From assembly GCF_009914755.1 (NCBI RefSeq), contig NC_060947.1: 64,000 nt of DNA; one strand, given 5' to 3'. Every line of letters begins with the position of its first letter. The first letter of the stretch is position 1. Positions 60,111-64,000 of the stretch are shown here, piece by piece. Position numbers and translations under genes: made by a program. Under the pieces are notes generated by a model. That model did no database searches. It was given only the letters and a program-made list of their open reading frames with translations, and had not been told where the DNA came from. Source of the DNA: the human T2T-CHM13v2.0 reference genome, Homo sapiens.

Positions 60111-61601
60111 AGAAATATATATTTTTTCCCTCTGTGCAAAATAGAGGCTTCTGTGTTTTCAGTAGTGGTTATCAATTGACACATTATTTCTTCATACAAA
60201 TCTAGCCTTGGAAGTATCATTTGCACAACAGGATCTTGCAAGATGCCAAAAAAAAAAACTTTACAAATTGTTGCCATGTCCTGTGAAAATAGCCTTCAAA
60301 AGAAACCTATAATTCTGATTGGCGGTCTTGTTTGATAATTTTTTGACCTTGTAATAATGTTGCAATTGACATCTTTGTGTGACTAAAGAATTTAAATAAT
60401 TATTTGTAATGTTGCTTTATCAAATCAGAAGTCAATCACTGGCACTTCCTTTCCCATCTAAATGACTTTTTAAAGCCCCATTACTTTGAAGAATGTCTCT
60501 TTTTAACAACAACAAAAAAGTGTATTGCAAGATGGAAAACTCTGTAACAATGACAATAAATGAACTACTTAGACACAATTAGGATGCATCTCACAAACAT
60601 AAATTTTAAAAACAGGTAAAATTTATTTAAAATATTAATAGTCTAGGGTACTGGCTAACATTTGGGGAGACAGTGACCAGGAGGGGGTCCTGAGCGATGG
60701 CTTTAAAAGGATAAATAACTACAGGATACTTTGGGGTAGGAATGAGATCCTATCATTACAGGAGTAGATGCTCTCAAGTCGGCAGGTATTTGGAAGTGCA
60801 TCTTATTTTTCATTTGTCATTTCCCCTGGACATACCTCTCCATTTAGAATTTTATAGAGAGTGATGACAGTGGTCTGGGGAAAGATGCTAATCTCCTTGG
60901 GTCTTCTGATAATCATACCATCTTAATACCATACAAATTATACCAAAATAAACGAAATTCCTGGGAGATAAACTCAGAAGATTGACCCATTAAAATGGTG
61001 GAAGAAAAACAGTGCAACCCCAACAAAACTCCAATTTTAAAAAAGAAAGAAGAAAGTAGGGAAAGGGTTGGGGGGAGGAGGAGGAGAGACAAACAGAGAG
61101 AGACCTTAGTTCAGCATCACCTGGTCAGTGCATTTATTACATCCTGCGGGACACATAAGTGACAGGACAGTGAATCTCATGGTCATCAATTGTTGGATTA
61201 CATCCTTAGAAGAGAAACAAGTCTTTTGTCAGCAAATCTGGATTCCCTAGGTTCTTCCTCCTGGCAGATTTTCCTTGTCCTGTCCTTCAGGGACAGTCCC
61301 AGGAGGAACACTGGAGATGATTGATCCCAGGGGATTATATGGCTGTAACAGCCCACCTCTGGCGGGGGCTGGCATCTTTCTCCTGAACACTGGGATTTCC
61401 AGAGGAGCAAGGACTCCCTGCCATGCTGGGTCAAGACTTGGCGGCTTTCCTTGTTGGTGGCCTGTCAATTTTTATTTTGAAGGACTCTGCTGTCCATATG
61501 CCAATGTTAGACATTGTTTCACTATCTTCCAGCATTCAGATTTGGGAATGAAACCACTGAAGGCAGTTTGATATTTTTTCTTTTGTGGCATTCCTTTCTG
61601 T
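60111..61601 (-). pseudogene. Candidate decayed multi-exon gene: putative exons 61601-61121, 60960-60836 and 60382(or 60280)-60111
   Basis: Non-repeat DNA with AG/GT-bounded segments, a long polypyrimidine tract near 61100-61030, a 90-codon frame with one stop, and kinase-like and ubiquitin-like sequence patterns. Identity is inference only. Confidence 0.5.
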
Positions 61602-62279
61602 CTGAAAAGTCAGCATAATGATTCAGAACTACATAGCTCTGATTCTTTTAACCTTTACAAAAACCTTTTTATTTTGAAATAATTACAGATTCATAAGCGC
61701 AGATTGGATTTTGAGTCTCAGCTCTGCCACTTGCCAGCTGTGTTCTTGGTAAATCCTTTAAACTCCCTGAACCTAGAGTTATTTCTTTAAACATTTCCAT
61801 CACCAACCCCGCACCCAACTCCCAGAGCCATGCACTTGTCAACAATGATCTCCATCCACAGCCCTACTACTCTCCACCAATTAGATACCTACCTGACTGT
61901 ACAGCATCCTCTCCACTCCCACAGACCCCGTGATTTCTGAGCACTTAGGCAACACCACTGCATCTATCTTTACAGTGTGAAGGGCCTTAAAGTTTCTGGA
62001 GCCAGAAATATATGGTCTATTGTGCCGACTTGGGAGTCTATCCACCAGTCTGCAACAGAATTCTGAGTGTTAGTGTCCATTATCCCATGGTCAGGACTTA
62101 CGACCTTGACAACCTGGTGACCCAGTCAATTTTATCCTGCCTCCAATCCCTATTTTCCCTAGTCCCTGCCCAGATCAATGCATTTTGTTGTTTTTCCTCT
62201 CTCCCTAATGCTTTGGCTTCCTTTCCCTTCATGTACTACACTCCAGACCTTCTCCTTGCTCTCTCAGATCCTTACAACA

Positions 62280-63360
<1,081 letters not shown>

Positions 63361-63379
63361 AATTTGTTTTCCTCTTTAA

Positions 63380-64000
63380 AAATTTTTATCTTTAATTTTT
63401 ATACTACATAGTAAATGAATATGTTTATGGGGTACATGAGATGTTTTGTTTTGATACAGGTATACAATGCGTAATAATCACATCAGGGTAAATGGGGTAT
63501 CCATCACCTCAAGCCTTTATCCTTTCTTTGTTACAAACATTCCAGTTATACTCTTTTAATTGTTTAAAATGTGCTATAAATTATTGTTGACTGTATTCAC
63601 CCTGTTGTGCTATCAAATGCTAGATCTTACTAATTCTATCTAACTGTATTTTTGTACCCATTAACCAACCCCACACTCCACCCCACCACTAGCCTTCCCA
63701 GCCTCTGGTAACCATTGTTCTACTCTTTATTTCCACGTGTTCAGTTGTTTTAATTTTAAGTTCCCACAGATATGTGAGAGCATGAAAAGTTTGTTTTTCT
63801 GTGCCTATCTTTGTTATTTTTGTGTAATTTTTCTCTTTTTTAATTTTTATTTTTTGTGGGTACATAATAGGTGGATTGTTTGTAACACAAAGGGTAAATG
63901 CATGAGGTGATGGATACCTCATTTACCTGGATGTAATTATTACACATTTTATGACTGTATCAAAATAATTACATCCAGGTAAATGAGGTATCCATCACCT
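63380..64000 (-). mobile_element. L1MA 3' ends (a second copy starts at about 63835)
   Basis: Reverse-complement similarity to the L1MA 3'UTR at 58430-59265. Confidence 0.85.
63905..64000. repeat. Perfect inverted repeat, 37-bp arms within the window, 22-nt spacer
   Basis: 63905-63941 is the exact reverse complement of 63964-64000. Confidence 0.97.

Overview
Primate (very probably human) genomic DNA that is overwhelmingly interspersed repeat. It holds one full-length but inactivated L1PA3/PA4-type LINE-1 with a 16-bp TSD (1064-7225), about 40 Alus, many nested older L1 fragments, three MST-type MaLR solo LTRs, a MER85 piggyBac MITE, and MIR/L2 remnants. Two processed pseudogenes of mitochondrial ribosomal proteins sit 18 kb apart, both inside L1 remnants: MRPL32 (disrupted) and MRPS18C (141-codon ORF still open). 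From memory, not verified, such a pair lies in human Xp11.22 between HUWE1 and PHF8. No intact protein-coding gene is visible, and nearly all listed ORFs are Alu/L1 artefacts. The most interesting signal is in the two non-repeat islands. At 60.0-61.6 kb the minus strand reads like a decayed multi-exon gene (a kinase-C-lobe-like exon followed by ubiquitin-fold-like exons), a candidate unitary pseudogene. At 12.7-13.5 kb there is an RFX X-box, a Kozak ATG and a splice donor. A perfect inverted repeat of at least 37 bp lies at the right window edge. Repeat subfamily calls and boundaries of old repeats are by eye and approximate.
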